NCBI GenBank assembly: GCA_003427395.1 | Contig: BFEA01000009.1 | Coordinates: 3,652,863 to 3,716,862 of the forward strand | From: Chara braunii | Taxonomy: Eukaryota > Plantae > Charophyceae | Length of the DNA stretch: 64,000 nt | Direction of reading: 5' to 3' | Part shown: in pieces, positions 37,791 through 50,406 of the stretch | Position numbering within the stretch: the first letter of the stretch is position 1 | Layout: each line of letters opens with the position of its first letter | Notes under the pieces: generated by a model | What the model saw: only the letters and a program-made list of their open reading frames with translations | What the model was told of the DNA's origin: nothing | The model's database searches: none | Program-made: the position numbers and the translations under genes

Positions 37791-38025
37791 ATTATTGAGG
37801 TTTATTGCATAGAGGGGGTTACTATCCTGGCCAATTCCGAAGTGCAAATACACAAGGAAATGCAATGCCATCCAATTGCGAAAAGAAATGAATGAACTTG
37901 AGAGGAGAGCAAGACAAGGACGAAAAAGAAGAAGAAAGAAAGAAGATGTACACCATCAAAAGAACACTGACCAATCCCCCTTCTCTCCGCCAATCAAGCT
38001 CCTCCTTATCTCCACCTCTCTTACT

Positions 38026-38026
38026 C

Positions 38027-38085
<59 letters not shown>

Positions 38086-38104
38086 CAATAATAATAATAA
38101 TAAT
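38026..38104. repeat. (AAT)n microsatellite
   Basis: Direct observation. Confidence 0.95.
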
Positions 38105-41100
38105 CACAATGAATGCCTAAGCCAGAACCAATGTCCGAATCCCTCTCCTACTGCTAGCACAATATGAAGTCCACCATAGCCATGAATCGCATCTTCCTCC
38201 TCCTTTGGCAAGTACTGGCTATGGTGGACATCAGGGACCTGTTCAAAAGACAACGCAAAAGCAGCTATGTCCGTTGCACCTCAGGCCGCCATGCCTGACT
38301 CTGCCTCGAAGCCTTCTTGTAGCAGCGCACCCTAACTAGGGCCTTCCAGCAGCAGTGCCAACCAAGAAGATGAAGATGCCGACCTCCATAGCCAGGTAAG
38401 TACCTCGCCACTCTCCTCTTTCACCCCCTCTCCATAGCCAAGCAGAGCACCCAGCTCCTGCTTCCTCCTCCCAGCGGCGATCTTAGAACCAGCGCCTGCT
38501 CAAGCAGCATGACACCCAAACATGCGAACTGCAAATGAGGCTGAGCCTCTCACTCTGCCTCCAGATATAGCAAGGCACTTGCCTCTTGGGGAGTGATTTC
38601 CTGGGCGCTTGGGCCACCCTCCTTTCAGAGGGAAACATCATTGCAGGTCTGATATCGTTTCCACAGGCCCTAGACTCAGGCTACTTGGACTGGTACCTGC
38701 CTACCTAGGCCTACTGGTTCCTTGGCCTCTAAAAATTTTACCTTTTTGTCTTCTTCTGCTAGGCCTACTGCTACTTGAGTGCTACTGGCCTAGCCCACCC
38801 CGCTACTTGAGTGGCCCTAAGCTACCCCTCCGACAACTTGAGTGTTTTCCCCACTGCAACCATCAAAGTCACAGCCACAGGTAAGTACCGACCCCGCGGG
38901 CCTCTCAAACACACAAGTGCCCTGGCGGGCCACACACACACTCAGGCAGACGTGCGCTCAGACACCACTAGTGGTTAATTTCGGCCACAAATGGGTGATG
39001 TCATTTTCGGCGATTTTTCACCGAAACTACCATATTTCCCTGTTTTTTTGCTTTTTTTCTCTATTTTTCTTTTTGTGTGATATGCATGTGCTTTAGGGTA
39101 CATCTGTTTCCAGTTGATGTTCGCAAAATTTTCCACCACATTGCTTTGTGGTGATGCGGCGAAAACCCCCAAATTTTGGGTCTTCCATTAACCGCTACTC
39201 CGTGTGGGGGGTGGGGCACGTAGTGGAAAGGGATCTTAAGGCAATGCTCCTTTACCAAGGTTTATCTGATCGAAGCATTGCAACTATCTTCCAAATTCGG
39301 ACTTCCAAACAACCATTCCAAACGTGAGAATCCCAGCAAGAAGGGGTTGAAGTACGCATTCAGGCTGCTGTGGTCCAGTAAGAGGCATCAGACACTTTGA
39401 AAATGTACTTGAGAAATTGAGATACTGGACCAGCTGATGACACACTAGGAATTTCGAGCTCATTGTTGCCAAACGTGCAGGTGTAAACTAGCACTTCCCG
39501 AAATGCATCTGACTGCAATTCCGGTCAGACCTGGATGAACCTGACCGCAATCACGTCAAGCGTTTTGTCAAAAAAGACCTCGTGTGAGTGTGGCCTCAGT
39601 GTTTACCACTCAGGATCATCTTCCATGACATCAGTAGAACAACCTGACCAGAACCAGATGGTGGTCGCAGTAGATGCGTCATCCTGATGGCTAGCAATCA
39701 ATCAAATCTGACTCGAATTTTGAATCTGAGTTTATCCTGCTGCTAGTAGTTGCTTGTCCCTCTGTTCGGGGTCCAAGAAGTAGGAGGAGGAGGAGGGAAG
39801 GACTGCCAGACTGACATGTGAGAACATATGCAGACCCGAGAAGAAACAACGTGTGGGGGCATCCAGCACATTCATAAACTTCACCCCTTAACCCCCACCC
39901 CCCTTCCCCCCACAAACAAAAACAAAAAGGGAAAGAGCACCCATAAATCCAAACATGTGTTTGGTGAATCTCTGAGAATCACTGCTGGCTCTCCTAGAGG
40001 TTTCTGAAATGATGGTAATCTCCAAGCTACTTTACCTCACATTCTTAAAATGGAAAATAGATGAATGAGCAGTGCACAATGATCAAGGAAAGATGTCGCA
40101 CTCTATAACTGGACCCCGTCCACACTAGGACGTTTTTCAATTGAATCCGATGGCCATTATGGTCAGATACATTGAAGGAAACCCGTAACATAGGGCAAAG
40201 GTCCTATGATCTTTCCAGTTATGATGTTTGGTTGCTTCCACCTCCATAAACTGCCACTGCCTTACCTCTGACAGGTGGGAAGGTTTCTTAAACGTTTGAG
40301 CTACCATGGGCCTTGCTGCACTATACCACAGTCTACATGCATTTGGATGCTTTCTAGACTCCATACACTCAGAATTTTGAGGTCCCATGACTGGTTGTCA
40401 ATCCAGCCGCAGGTTCCCCTACGGTTTACCCTACCTCTGACAGCCAGATATTTCCACACCTGTGATTTGTAAGAGGCAAGGCCCTCTTTACTCAGATTAC
40501 GTGTTTCTGGTGGTTGATATCCCTGTGATCTGCATCTCGGAAGAAAGAACTCAGGGAGACGGGACCTCGTCCCCCTCCCCCTCCCCCTCCCCCTCCCCCG
40601 CTCCCTTTCCCCGCTCCCTTCCCCTCCACTGAAAAAAAAAAAGACATTTTCAGGGCATACTCACACTGGTAGCTAATATCCCAAATTTCACAAATTTTCC
40701 GAGTGTATGTGGTAACACTGAGAGGGAGGGCACACAAAAAGTAGCAAAGGCATACACAAACGTCAGCGGCCTGCCTGGCACCGGGAGTGCGCATTTTGCG
40801 GGCACCTCAAGACATCTTTCTTTTTTTCTTTTTTTTGAGAACAACCCGAGCGGGTGCTAGGGGTGCTGGTAAGAGCAGACACCACTAGCACTCCCGGGGA
40901 GGCTCCATCTATTGGTGGGGAGCAGCACCTGCTGGAAAGTGGGTCCAGCGTCCCTGAACATTTGATTGATTGTTTGTATGAACAGACGTGCTGAAGTGTT
41001 GTCTGTACCTTGTAGGGTCTGTCAACCTTGGATGATATTTGACAGATCGAACTCCGGGCAACTGAGTTGCTTGCCTACTTGCTGACCTACATAGAGTGAC

Positions 41101-41699
41101 AGTGCTTGCAGACCCCCCGGCTGGTTGTAAGAGCACCGGGCAGGGCCATATGCGAAGATCTGTCTTTCCCCATTCACCTGCCAAACGGCCCTTTCTTGCC
41201 ACAGGAACCTGGGACTGACATCTGTGGTTGATTTCCTGAGCAGGTTGGCCGGTAATCCACCCGTTCCCCTACCCCCACCCTTAGAACACGTGGCTAACCC
41301 GGATTCCAATCCTGTGTTTTGCTGAGCACTTAGACCCATTCCCCGCCATCTGCCTTGTCTTCATGTAGCTCCGCTACGTTTGGGTAGCCGCGCCTGGCTG
41401 CTTCTGAGACCTTGATTCCACCGAGGATGAGCAGTTGTTGTTGTTACACTCCATGTGGTGGCTGTTTCTGGCTTCCAACTTGCACCTTCATTTGAACCAT
41501 CTGTCGCTTCTCCCTGGGGGAGGAGGGAAGGGGGGTGGGGGGGGATGCAGGTGGTGGAGGGGTGGGGAGTGGTATAAGGATCAGGGAGGTGGAAAGGGGG
41601 GTAGATTAGGGAGACGGGAGAAGGATAAAGTTCTGATCTGGGTACGGTAGTTGGAACCTTAGCACCGGGAGATGCTGCCAAGTGGGTTCATTGGCCACC

Positions 41700-44600
41700 T
41701 ATCGTTTCCACTGGATATTGAACTGGGAGTCCAGTTTGAAAAGTGATTTGTTTTTATCCGGCCAGATGGAGTGGAAGAGGGCCAGGCATTGCGGCTTCTC
41801 TATATGGTCCTTTGAGGATTGCAGCTGTTGCTTTAGCTCTTTCCATGCCTGTTGCGTGTGGGTGGTGATTGTGTTGATGATTGCTTCCCTAGCCTGGGGG
41901 AAGCTAAATGCACAACCACTCCGTTCGTGGGAGCACCTCATTCTCCAGGCTAGGAGTAAGACTGTCAGACGAGTGTAGGAAAATAAGTTTGCTGCATCCC
42001 ATTGTCGAGTTTCGGGAGTGTGCTTAGCCAGCAGGATTAGTGCTGGATCCCACTGAAGGTGTTGACCTGTGAGGTGGTGTCATGCCGAATCCCACCAGTG
42101 TCGCAGCTGAGCAACCAGTGGACATGTCAGCAGAAAATGTTCCAGGGTTGCTGTAGCACGTTGGGTGGCTCTCCCACAGTAGGAGCAGATTGGAGAGAGG
42201 ATGCCTCTCTGTTCCAAGTCAGTCCGTGAAACTAGCCAATCGGGCATGGTCAGGCATCTGTGAATGATCTGCCACTGAAGGGCTCGGTGGGCTGTGGGCA
42301 TTAGTTTGGCGTATGTAGACCATTTGAGGTCCAGCAGATCTGGTGCCTGGAGCGGTGAGTCCCTCTCCCATCTTTTGATGAGTGTGCTTTGAGTTTGAGG
42401 TAGGGTCCATGATGCTTTGTACCCTCCTTTAACTGTATATTCCCAAATCTGCATTCCTTTACCTCCCTTCCATTCCCACTGGGCCGGGTCAAAGTGGAGT
42501 CAGCTGATAGGTGTAGCCGACTCGTATACCCATCTGTCGTGGTTGCAGTTTTCCACCACTCGGATTCTCATGAGTTGGCAGATTGCTGCTTCCGTGTCTC
42601 CTTCTTCATGGCGCCGTAGTTGTGTGAATCTAGCACCCGGGAGAGCTGGCTCGAAGGCCTGCAAGACGGCGGAGGACAATGAGAGGTGAGTGATCTGGTA
42701 TACTTTCATTGGGGTTGGGAGGTCTTTGTAGAGTACCCACCCAATCCCCATTTCTGAGTGTGGGGCCTTGTTTGAGTGCAAGACGCCACACCAACGGTAT
42801 TGCGTCGATAAGCAGGTCTCATTTCAGTTCTAGTTTTTTGATGTTTCTTAGATTCGTTCTCAATGTTTCCACAGTTTTCCAGTCGCCCTCTGAGTGGTCC
42901 CATAGGTCTCCTATGGTATAGCATCCTTTTTTAACCCAGGAGAGCCATGGCGAGTTAAAGTGAAGACTGAAAATATGTCCGTCTTTGTCCAAGATCTGTG
43001 GATTTCCAAAAACAGGTTGCCTCACCATGCTACTTGAGACGGGTCTTTTCTTCTCCATAGGCTGATGAGTGAAGTCCATAGAGGGTCAGTGAGGAGGTCT
43101 GTTTTCGCTTGGTTAGCTGGTGATGCTTCTCTCCTGTGTCTCGGTGGGGAGGGTATAGACCAGGCACTGTTGGTAAGCCATCTTAGTAGGTGTACCTTGA
43201 TCTGGGATCCCACATCCGGGGCCAAGCAGGAGAGTTGGATGTATGCCAGGGGGGCGCAAGGGATGTCGTTACCAAGTAATAATCTGATAATCAATTTGAA
43301 AATTAGGGCATCTATTTCGTCCCGTGGGTCTATTATTCCCAAGCCCCCTTTCTCACGTGGTTGAGCAATGTGCTCCCAGGCCACGCGGTAGATACATCTG
43401 GCATCTGAATCCACATTTTTCCACAGGCAAGTAGCTACCGCTCTCCTCAATTGTGCTAGTTGTTTTGGGGCCAGTTTCCAAAACGCGGTTTTGTACCAGA
43501 TACCCGCAAGATTGAGTTGTTTATGGCTAGGGCCCTTCCAAGTTCCCACTATGGATGTGTGGAGGCCCTTCCATTTCGTGATGTTTCGGAGGGCCATGTC
43601 GACAAGGATATTGCAGTGGTCCCCCGGGGAGGCTAACCCCCAGGATTTTTATGGCCTTCTCCTTTCCTCTCCAATTGACACTGGGTTGGGCTGGGGGAGG
43701 CTGGTCCTGGGAATCTAGCAACCACCCTTCGGTTTTACTCCCCAGTTCACTTTCATGTCAGTTGCCACTGAGAGCAGATGGACAACCTCCTCTACTGCCC
43801 TCAAGCTTTGGTTGTTGGCCCGGATGAGCATCGTGAGGTCATCTGCGAAGAGGGAGGTGACGGGTATGAGGTGTGATGGGATTTCTGGTATGTCTATCTT
43901 TTGGACTTGGCGGTTAGTCCTTATGAGGGCCGCCAAGCCTCCATGACAATAACAAAGAGGAGCAGGGCGATCAGATCCCCTTGTCTGACGGACCATTGGA
44001 AATGAAGGGTGGGGATAGGTGGCCATTTAGCATGATGGTTTTTTTTTTTTTTTTTTTTNNNNNNNNNNNNNNNNNNNNNNNNNTTTTTTTTTTTAATCCC
44101 CCTTCCAGTGATAGCGGTGTTGGTAAGAGCAAACACCACTAGCACATGAGGAGAGGCTCCATCTATTGGTGGGGAGCAGCACCTGCTGGAAAACGGGTCC
44201 AGCGTCCCATATACAGAAGAAATTTGGAGTACGTCAGGAAACGGAGCGGGAGACTCCTGCTAGCATTGATTACTCTGGAATCCAGAGGATTGACTGAACA
44301 GGAGTTTGGAAAAAAGAAGAGAACCTCTTCGCCCTGAACCAGGCGGCAGATAATTGCTGCTACAAACTAGTTCCTCCCTCCCCCCCCCCGCCCCTTTTCG
44401 ACCCTGTCCCAACTGCCAATCTCCAAATGTAAACCTCGAACATCGAAGGGACCAGCTTTTGTTTGGACAATGCTCTATGAGGCCTTTATATGCTCTGCCC
44501 TCATTCAAACTGCACAGTTGGTTCCATATCATTGCAGGTCCACCATTGCTAACTGGTGGGGCGGGAAGGGGTCGGGAAATTTCTGTGGGTAGCATGATGT

Positions 44601-45712
44601 TAGTGGCTGCTGTTTTGTGGAGGATACTCACTCATCTGCAGAAAACTTCCCCGAAATTCATTCTATGCAAGGACAAATCAAGGAAGTCCCAGTCAACGTG
44701 GTCGTACGCTTTCTCGAAACCAATGAAAAGAACGGTTGCGTCTGCCTTCCACTGCCTCACGTATCTAATAGTTTCGTTAACTAGGAGGATGTTGTCCTGA
44801 ATATTCCTGTTTGGCCTGAAGCTGGATTGATCGGCATGGATCAAGAGATTCATGAAGGAGAGTAGCTTGATGGTTAGGGCCTTTGCCACCATCTTGTAGG
44901 GGAGTGTGAGGAGTGTGATCGGGGGGTAGTTGCGTACGTCGGATTTGTCCCCTTTTTTGTACAGGAGCGTTGTGATCCCCTGATTCATTAATCCTCCGAA
45001 AGTGCCCTGTCTCTGTACATCCCCAACATAGAGCATGAGGTCATCATGAAGGTCATGCCAAAAGTCGGTCATAACTCCTTGGGGAAGGAGTCAAGACCTG
45101 GTGTCTTCTCGTCGTCCATTCGCTTGAGGGCGTCCCATATCTCTTGCTCAGAAAGTGGGGCGTCCAGGTGTTTCCTCTGTGGGGTGGTATTGAAGGGATG
45201 GGATGACATTTTCTAGGTTCGCTATTGTAGGTCCCTTTGGTGGGTTTGAGATGTGTAGAGGTTTTTGTAATAGTCAGTGGCGTATTCCACTATTTGGTAG
45301 GCATTCCGTGCTGTCGGGTTTTCCTGAAGGAAGGGATGTCTTAAAGCGGCAATCGTACTTTGTCTAACTCTGTTTTTTGCCTTTCTGAATAAGTGTTTCG
45401 CCATCGTACCTTCAGTCTGATTTTTTTTTATTTTTTTTTTCCCTTGATTCTCCATGCTTGGGCTTGCTGGTCTAGGTGCTCTTGGTACAGATCTCTCGCT
45501 ATCTGGAGCTTGTTGAATAGTTTTATGTCCACGGGATGTTCCGTCGGTTGGCTGTCCCATTCTTCTAAGTTGAGGAGTAGCCGATCGAGGACAACTTTTC
45601 GGTCTCTTGCGCATTTGACGGATAATTTTTTCGCCCTTTCCCTTAGCTCTGCAATTCCCTTATTGAACCATTCCACCACTTCTCCTTGTAGAGGTTTGGT
45701 TGATTGCCAGTA
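41700..45712 (-). pseudogene. LINE ORF2, RT and C-terminal part
   Basis: KTPGLD; NYPPITLL...YK; FEKAYD; VRQGD; LFADD; KGGLGI; CSYC...LEHFLLTCP. Confidence 0.9.
44038..44589 (-). mobile_element. Short polyA-tailed retrocopy (5'-truncated related LINE or SINE) inserted in the LINE RT
   Basis: 10-bp TSD TAGCATGATG at 44028-44037 and 44590-44599; polyT on the + strand; terminal ~100 bp matches the host LINE 3' end. Confidence 0.85.
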
Positions 45713-46033
45713 TGTAGCGGACCTTTGGTTGGCCTGTGAGACCAGCCCGTTGGCCTGTCCTCATAGGCCTGTGTTCTGTTCGGGGGCAGTCCAGTCCAGT
45801 CCAGTCCAGGCCGGTACCTCTGTCCGTACCAGCCAGTCCAGTCCAGTCCCGTCAGTCCGCTGGGTTATACCCCAGCAGTTGTCTGTTTCCGAGATCATTC
45901 TACACTTGCACGATTTTGGAGTACGTGCGTTGGAGTCTTGCGTGGGAGTTGCGCTGTGCATCTTGCTCCCCCCTTCTTCCTCCATCTCCATCCCTATCAC
46001 TAGCGGAGCACCACACCTGGTGGGTCCGCTACA
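45713..46033 (+). repeat. 5' LTR of element D (321 bp)
   Basis: Direct repeat of 55529-55839 with about 12 substitutions and one 10-bp indel (counted by eye). Confidence 0.95.
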
Positions 46034-46034
46034 T

Positions 46035-46046
46035 TGGTATCGGAGC
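46035..46046 (+). other. PBS complementary to initiator tRNA-Met
   Basis: TGGTATCGGAGC versus canonical TGGTATCAGAGC, 1 nt after the LTR. Confidence 0.9.
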
Positions 46047-46346
46047 GAGAACGTTCCCCGCTCCCACCCACCACCCCGTACAGCTGGTCAGCACCCCGTA
46101 CAGTGGGGAAAACAGCAAACCCGACAACGGTTTTTTTCACTGTTTTTCGGGTGATTTGCAGCGAAAACGAGGGAAAAAAGCAGCGCCTGCGGGGAGGTGA
46201 CACGTGGCGGAAAAAGCAGGCGCCACCACGAGCGCGTGCGCGCAAGCGCCGAGGCCAAGGCCGCCGCACGCGCGCGCGCCACGCGCCCACGCTGCCCCGC
46301 TGCCCCGCCCCGCTCCCAGATTTATATTATCAAGATCCGGGAGTTT

Positions 46347-46428
46347 TGCTGCTGCTGGGGTTTGAACCTAGGCGCCTGCTAGGCCATGCGCGTGCGTAAG
46401 CACCCTGATAACACACTCGCCACAGAGC
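46347..46428 (-). other. tRNA-like Pol III A/B-box module, antisense in the element D leader
   Basis: Minus strand GCTCTGTGGCGAGTGTG...CCTAGGTTCAAACCCCAGCAGCAGC. Confidence 0.45.
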
Positions 46429-48068
46429 GTAGATGNNNNNNNNNNNNNNNNNNNNNNNNNNNNNNNNNNNNNNNNNNNNNNNNNNNNNNNNNNNNNNNNN
46501 NNNNNNNNNNNNNNNNNNNNNNNNNNNNNNNNNNNNNNNNNNNNNNNNNNNNNNNNNNNNNNNNNNNNNNNNNNNNCCCCCCCCCCCCCGCCGGCGAGCA
46601 GCAACGGGTGGGCTGCTATTTGCTCCCCCTCTCCCCCCCCCCGTTGGTTGTTGCTGCTGCCTGCGCACGTGGCCACCTGCATTGCCACGTGGCAACTTAC
46701 TGTGGACTTGAAGACCCCTTTTTTCAGGGGCTGCTCTATAGTGGTGAGGGTCTGTTCACACAACAGACCCTAGATCTGCAGATCTGCAGAACTGCTGCTG
46801 CTGGGGGCTGATCAAGATCTCAGCCCCCCTCTCTCCTCCAGCTGGCTGCTGCAGCAAAGGCCAAGACCCTCCTGGTCTTGGTGTACCTTGTGCCCTTGGA
46901 GACACCAAGGGTCAGATATCTCTTCTCTCTCTCTCCTTCCTCTACTAACTCACACTCCCTACCTCTCCTCTCTCCTCTTACTCACCCCTTCTCTTTCCCC
47001 CACCTTCTACTGCATCTTTTCTCTCCTCCTTTTACCTTCCCCACCCCACCTTTCTCCCACCACCCATTCTTTTACTCTTTATTTCTTTTTTTTTCTTTCC
47101 TCCTTCTTTTCTCTTTGCTTCTTGATCCCTGTCCACCTTTCCCCATCCCTCCTCTCTCCCAACTACCACCACACCACCCCCCTACCTCCCACTTCATCTT
47201 TTTCTCTCTCCCACCTATTTCTTTCTTTTCTCCCCTTCCCCCCTACTTCGAATTTTTTTCTGTTTTTCTTTCTTCCACCTCTCTTTTGATTTATCTTTTT
47301 TCTTTTTTCAAAAATTCGAATTATCTCCTCCCCCACTTTCTTTTCTCATTTTCTGATTTATTTCATTTATTTTTCTATTTATTCTGAAAATTCGATTTTC
47401 TTTATGACAACCCTAAATTTGAGTAGGTGTTAGTCTTTCTTGCTTTTGGCACACGTTTTGACCGCGTGGGGGTAACGAAATGCAGCCGAAATTTTCTGAT
47501 TTTCTCTCACTTCGTCCTTTTTCGGCACACTTCGACCCCATGGGGATAACGAAATGCTGCCAAAAGTTTTGAAAAATCAGCTACCCCATCTCTTTCCACC
47601 TCCTCACCCACTTATTTACTTATTTATTTATTTATTTATTATTTCTTCATTTATTTTCTGAATTTTTTTTATTTGCGGCAGTTTGAAACCTAGTGTGCTT
47701 ATCTCGGTCTCTCCTTTCCCCTTGGCACATTCTTGACCCCATGGGGGGTAGGGAAATGCTGCCGAGAATTTCAAAAAAATAAATATTATTTTTCTTTTCA
47801 CATTTTGTTTACTTCTTCTCTTAATTATTTTTATTATTTATTTTCTTTTGTTTTTCTCTTAAAATCTTGTTGTTTATTTATTTTTCTCCCGCCTCCCCCC
47901 CCTATGCTTGCTATTTTATTTTCTTGATTAGGTCACTGGTACCCTACCCTAACCACTTAAACTTCGGTTAGGGTTTTCTTTGGGTTTCTCTAGGGTTGAG
48001 GGTTCTTCAAAACCCCCCTACTTCCCCTTCCTCTTCGGGCACCTTGGACCCGAACCACCCCTCCCCCT

Positions 48069-50158
48069 TTGACGGCGCCCGCGCTAGCCTTGCTAGCACC
48101 GTCAGCCACTTTCTACCGCGGACCCCCCCCTCGCCCTCCGCTCACGCGGACCTCTTCTGGCCCCCTCCAGTCCGGCCCGTCACCTCCCCATGGCCGACGG
48201 TGTGTCACACGCCGCCGATGCGGCGACGACCACGGCATCGGGCTCCACACCCGTGCCGGCGGACCAGGGCCATCATCCCCAGTGGCGACCCTTGCCGCCG
48301 GCATGCAACAACTCCAGGACGCTGCCTGCCCGTCATCTCCTGGCTCCCAGTCTGGGTCCCTCGTCCTCCGACAGGGTGGCCACGGCGGAGCTTCCTCCTC
48401 CGCCGCCCCCGACCCGGCCATCTTGGTGACTGTCCACACCCCTAGCACGACGGCGGCCACGAGCCAGACCCTCCCTCAGTCTACGGGCGCACCCGTCCAG
48501 ATCCCGGTCACAACGGCCACGATACAACAACCTGCTACCATGGTCTCAGCTTTTCCGGGTGCCCCGCTTCTCCCTCCCCTTCGCACGACCGCAGCACCAC
48601 CTGGCTCTCCCCCCTCTGGGATGCCCCGCGCTGCTCGTGCGTCCACTTCCCCCACTCTTCCTCCTGCTACCCCTCGCATGACCTACGTTCGAGTTCTCGA
48701 GGACGAAATTGCCCAGCTCTGGGCCGACCTCGCCCTCTCACGCCTTCAGCCTCCCCCACCCTCACAGGTGGCCGCGCCTTCCGGCGCACCCCCTTCTTCC
48801 TCTACTCTTCCTTCCATGCAGGCTCGCTTCCCTCGCCCTGCACCCTACCCATCCCCATCCTACCTCCTCCCCATCCCCTCGGTTGCTGCGACCTCTTCTA
48901 CCGCAGCTCCCGTGCAGCCTGCCGCTGTTTCCCCCGCCGCTCCACCATGCGGCCCGGACGTACAGTCAGTTGCGCCCCCTCCTCCAGGACCTGCGCCGAC
49001 TTATTCAGCCGTAGCGCAGTTCCCTGCTTCCCGTTCTCCTCGCCGCCAAAATGGTGGCGGACCACTCGTCCGCTTGACGGACATTGCCTTGTATGATGGT
49101 ACAGACATACGCGTGTCTCGGTGGCTACAGTCTACCACCCGCACGCTCCAGCTCATAGGTGCCGCTCCCGACACGTGGGTGGCTCACCTCTCCACGAGAC
49201 TGCGTGGCGGTCCTTCCGATGCCTGGGAGGATTTTTACGCTTACTCCGTTCGTGCGGGTCGGACTCCGACCTTCATGGATTTCCAGGCGTTGCTCGAGGA
49301 TCGCTTCGGAGCCTGATATGACGTGACTGACGCCTTCGAGCGTGTCGTCACTACACGCTGGTCCGGCTCTGGTGGCGCTGCCGGCCTGGATCGCCACATC
49401 CAAGTCTTTCAGGACGCCCGCCTCATTTGTGACATGGCGTTCCTCCCCGAGGCGGCCCTTATCGATCGTTTCTTGGCCAGCCTTCCGCTCGAGTACCGCT
49501 CTGAGCTATGGCGGTACGAGTTCACATCGGCCCCGCAAGCTTACGAGGCNGTCAGGGACCATCAGCGGATGCGGGCCCGTCTTCACCCCGCCTCCTCCTC
49601 TCAGCCGCAACGTACAGGTTACGCCTCCTCCTCCTCTCACACCACTTCCAAGCGTCGTTCCCCTTTCCGTGGTCGCCCCCGCTGTTTCGCGCAGCAGGGC
49701 CGCCACTTCTCGCGCCGCTTCAGCACGCTCGAGTATATGGTGAGTAGGACGCTGGTGCCCCGCTGTCGCCAGAGGGTGACCATAGCGACGACCTCGACCT
49801 CGGTGAGGCCGTCCACCACCACCTAGAGGACCCTACTCTCCTTATGGCTGAGCGCCTCCAGCTCATCCTCTCCACCCTTTCCCAGGCACGCAGCCGCCCT
49901 GGTCACGCTGGCGCGTCGCCCCCCGAGGTCCCTCAGCAGGACCTCCCCCAGGGCTTTATCCCTCCTCGCGGTGTCCTTTCCGCTGAGGAGCGCGCGACTA
50001 TTTTGGGCCGACGTGGGTGTTTGCGCTGCCGCTTGGACGGTCGTACCTCCTCGCGGTGCCCTTATACCACCGCCCTTGACCGCCACTACGCTGACCTTTC
50101 CCGCGAGCGTCGTGCTCAGTCCCCCCCCGGCGCCTCACATCCCCGTGGCCCCTTCTAG
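48069..50158 (+). pseudogene. gag: Gag of element D (Pro-rich N-terminus, retrotrans_gag-like core)
   Basis: YDGTDIRVSRWL...RLRGGPSDAW...FQALLEDRF; LIDRFLASLP; GCLRCRLDG; one stop at 49314 and a frameshift. Confidence 0.8.
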
Positions 50159-50406
50159 CCACGGTGCAGTGTACACCTGCGCCCTCCTCAGTAGAGGGTT
50201 TCCCGACATCTCCGTCGCGGTTCGCCCCTCTCGCTACTGGAGCTGAGGTATCGCAGGACTCGACAGAGTGTACTCAGCCCTCTGTTGCAGTACCGTCTGT
50301 GCCTCCGCAGACCACCGTCTCCCCTACTTCCCCGTCGTGACTACCGACGCGTCGAGCCATTCGCTCAGCCCGTTGCAGCGAGCAGCTTGCTACTCGCAAG
50401 GACATT

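Noticed and set aside
38100-40800. Possible host exons (AG|GTAAGT donors at ~38395 and ~38881) or a degraded DNA transposon
   Set aside because: No sustained reading frame, recognisable motif or defined termini
47935-48000. Telomeric repeats (CCCTAA/TTAGGG)
   Set aside because: Only isolated single motifs in both orientations, at most telo-box-like
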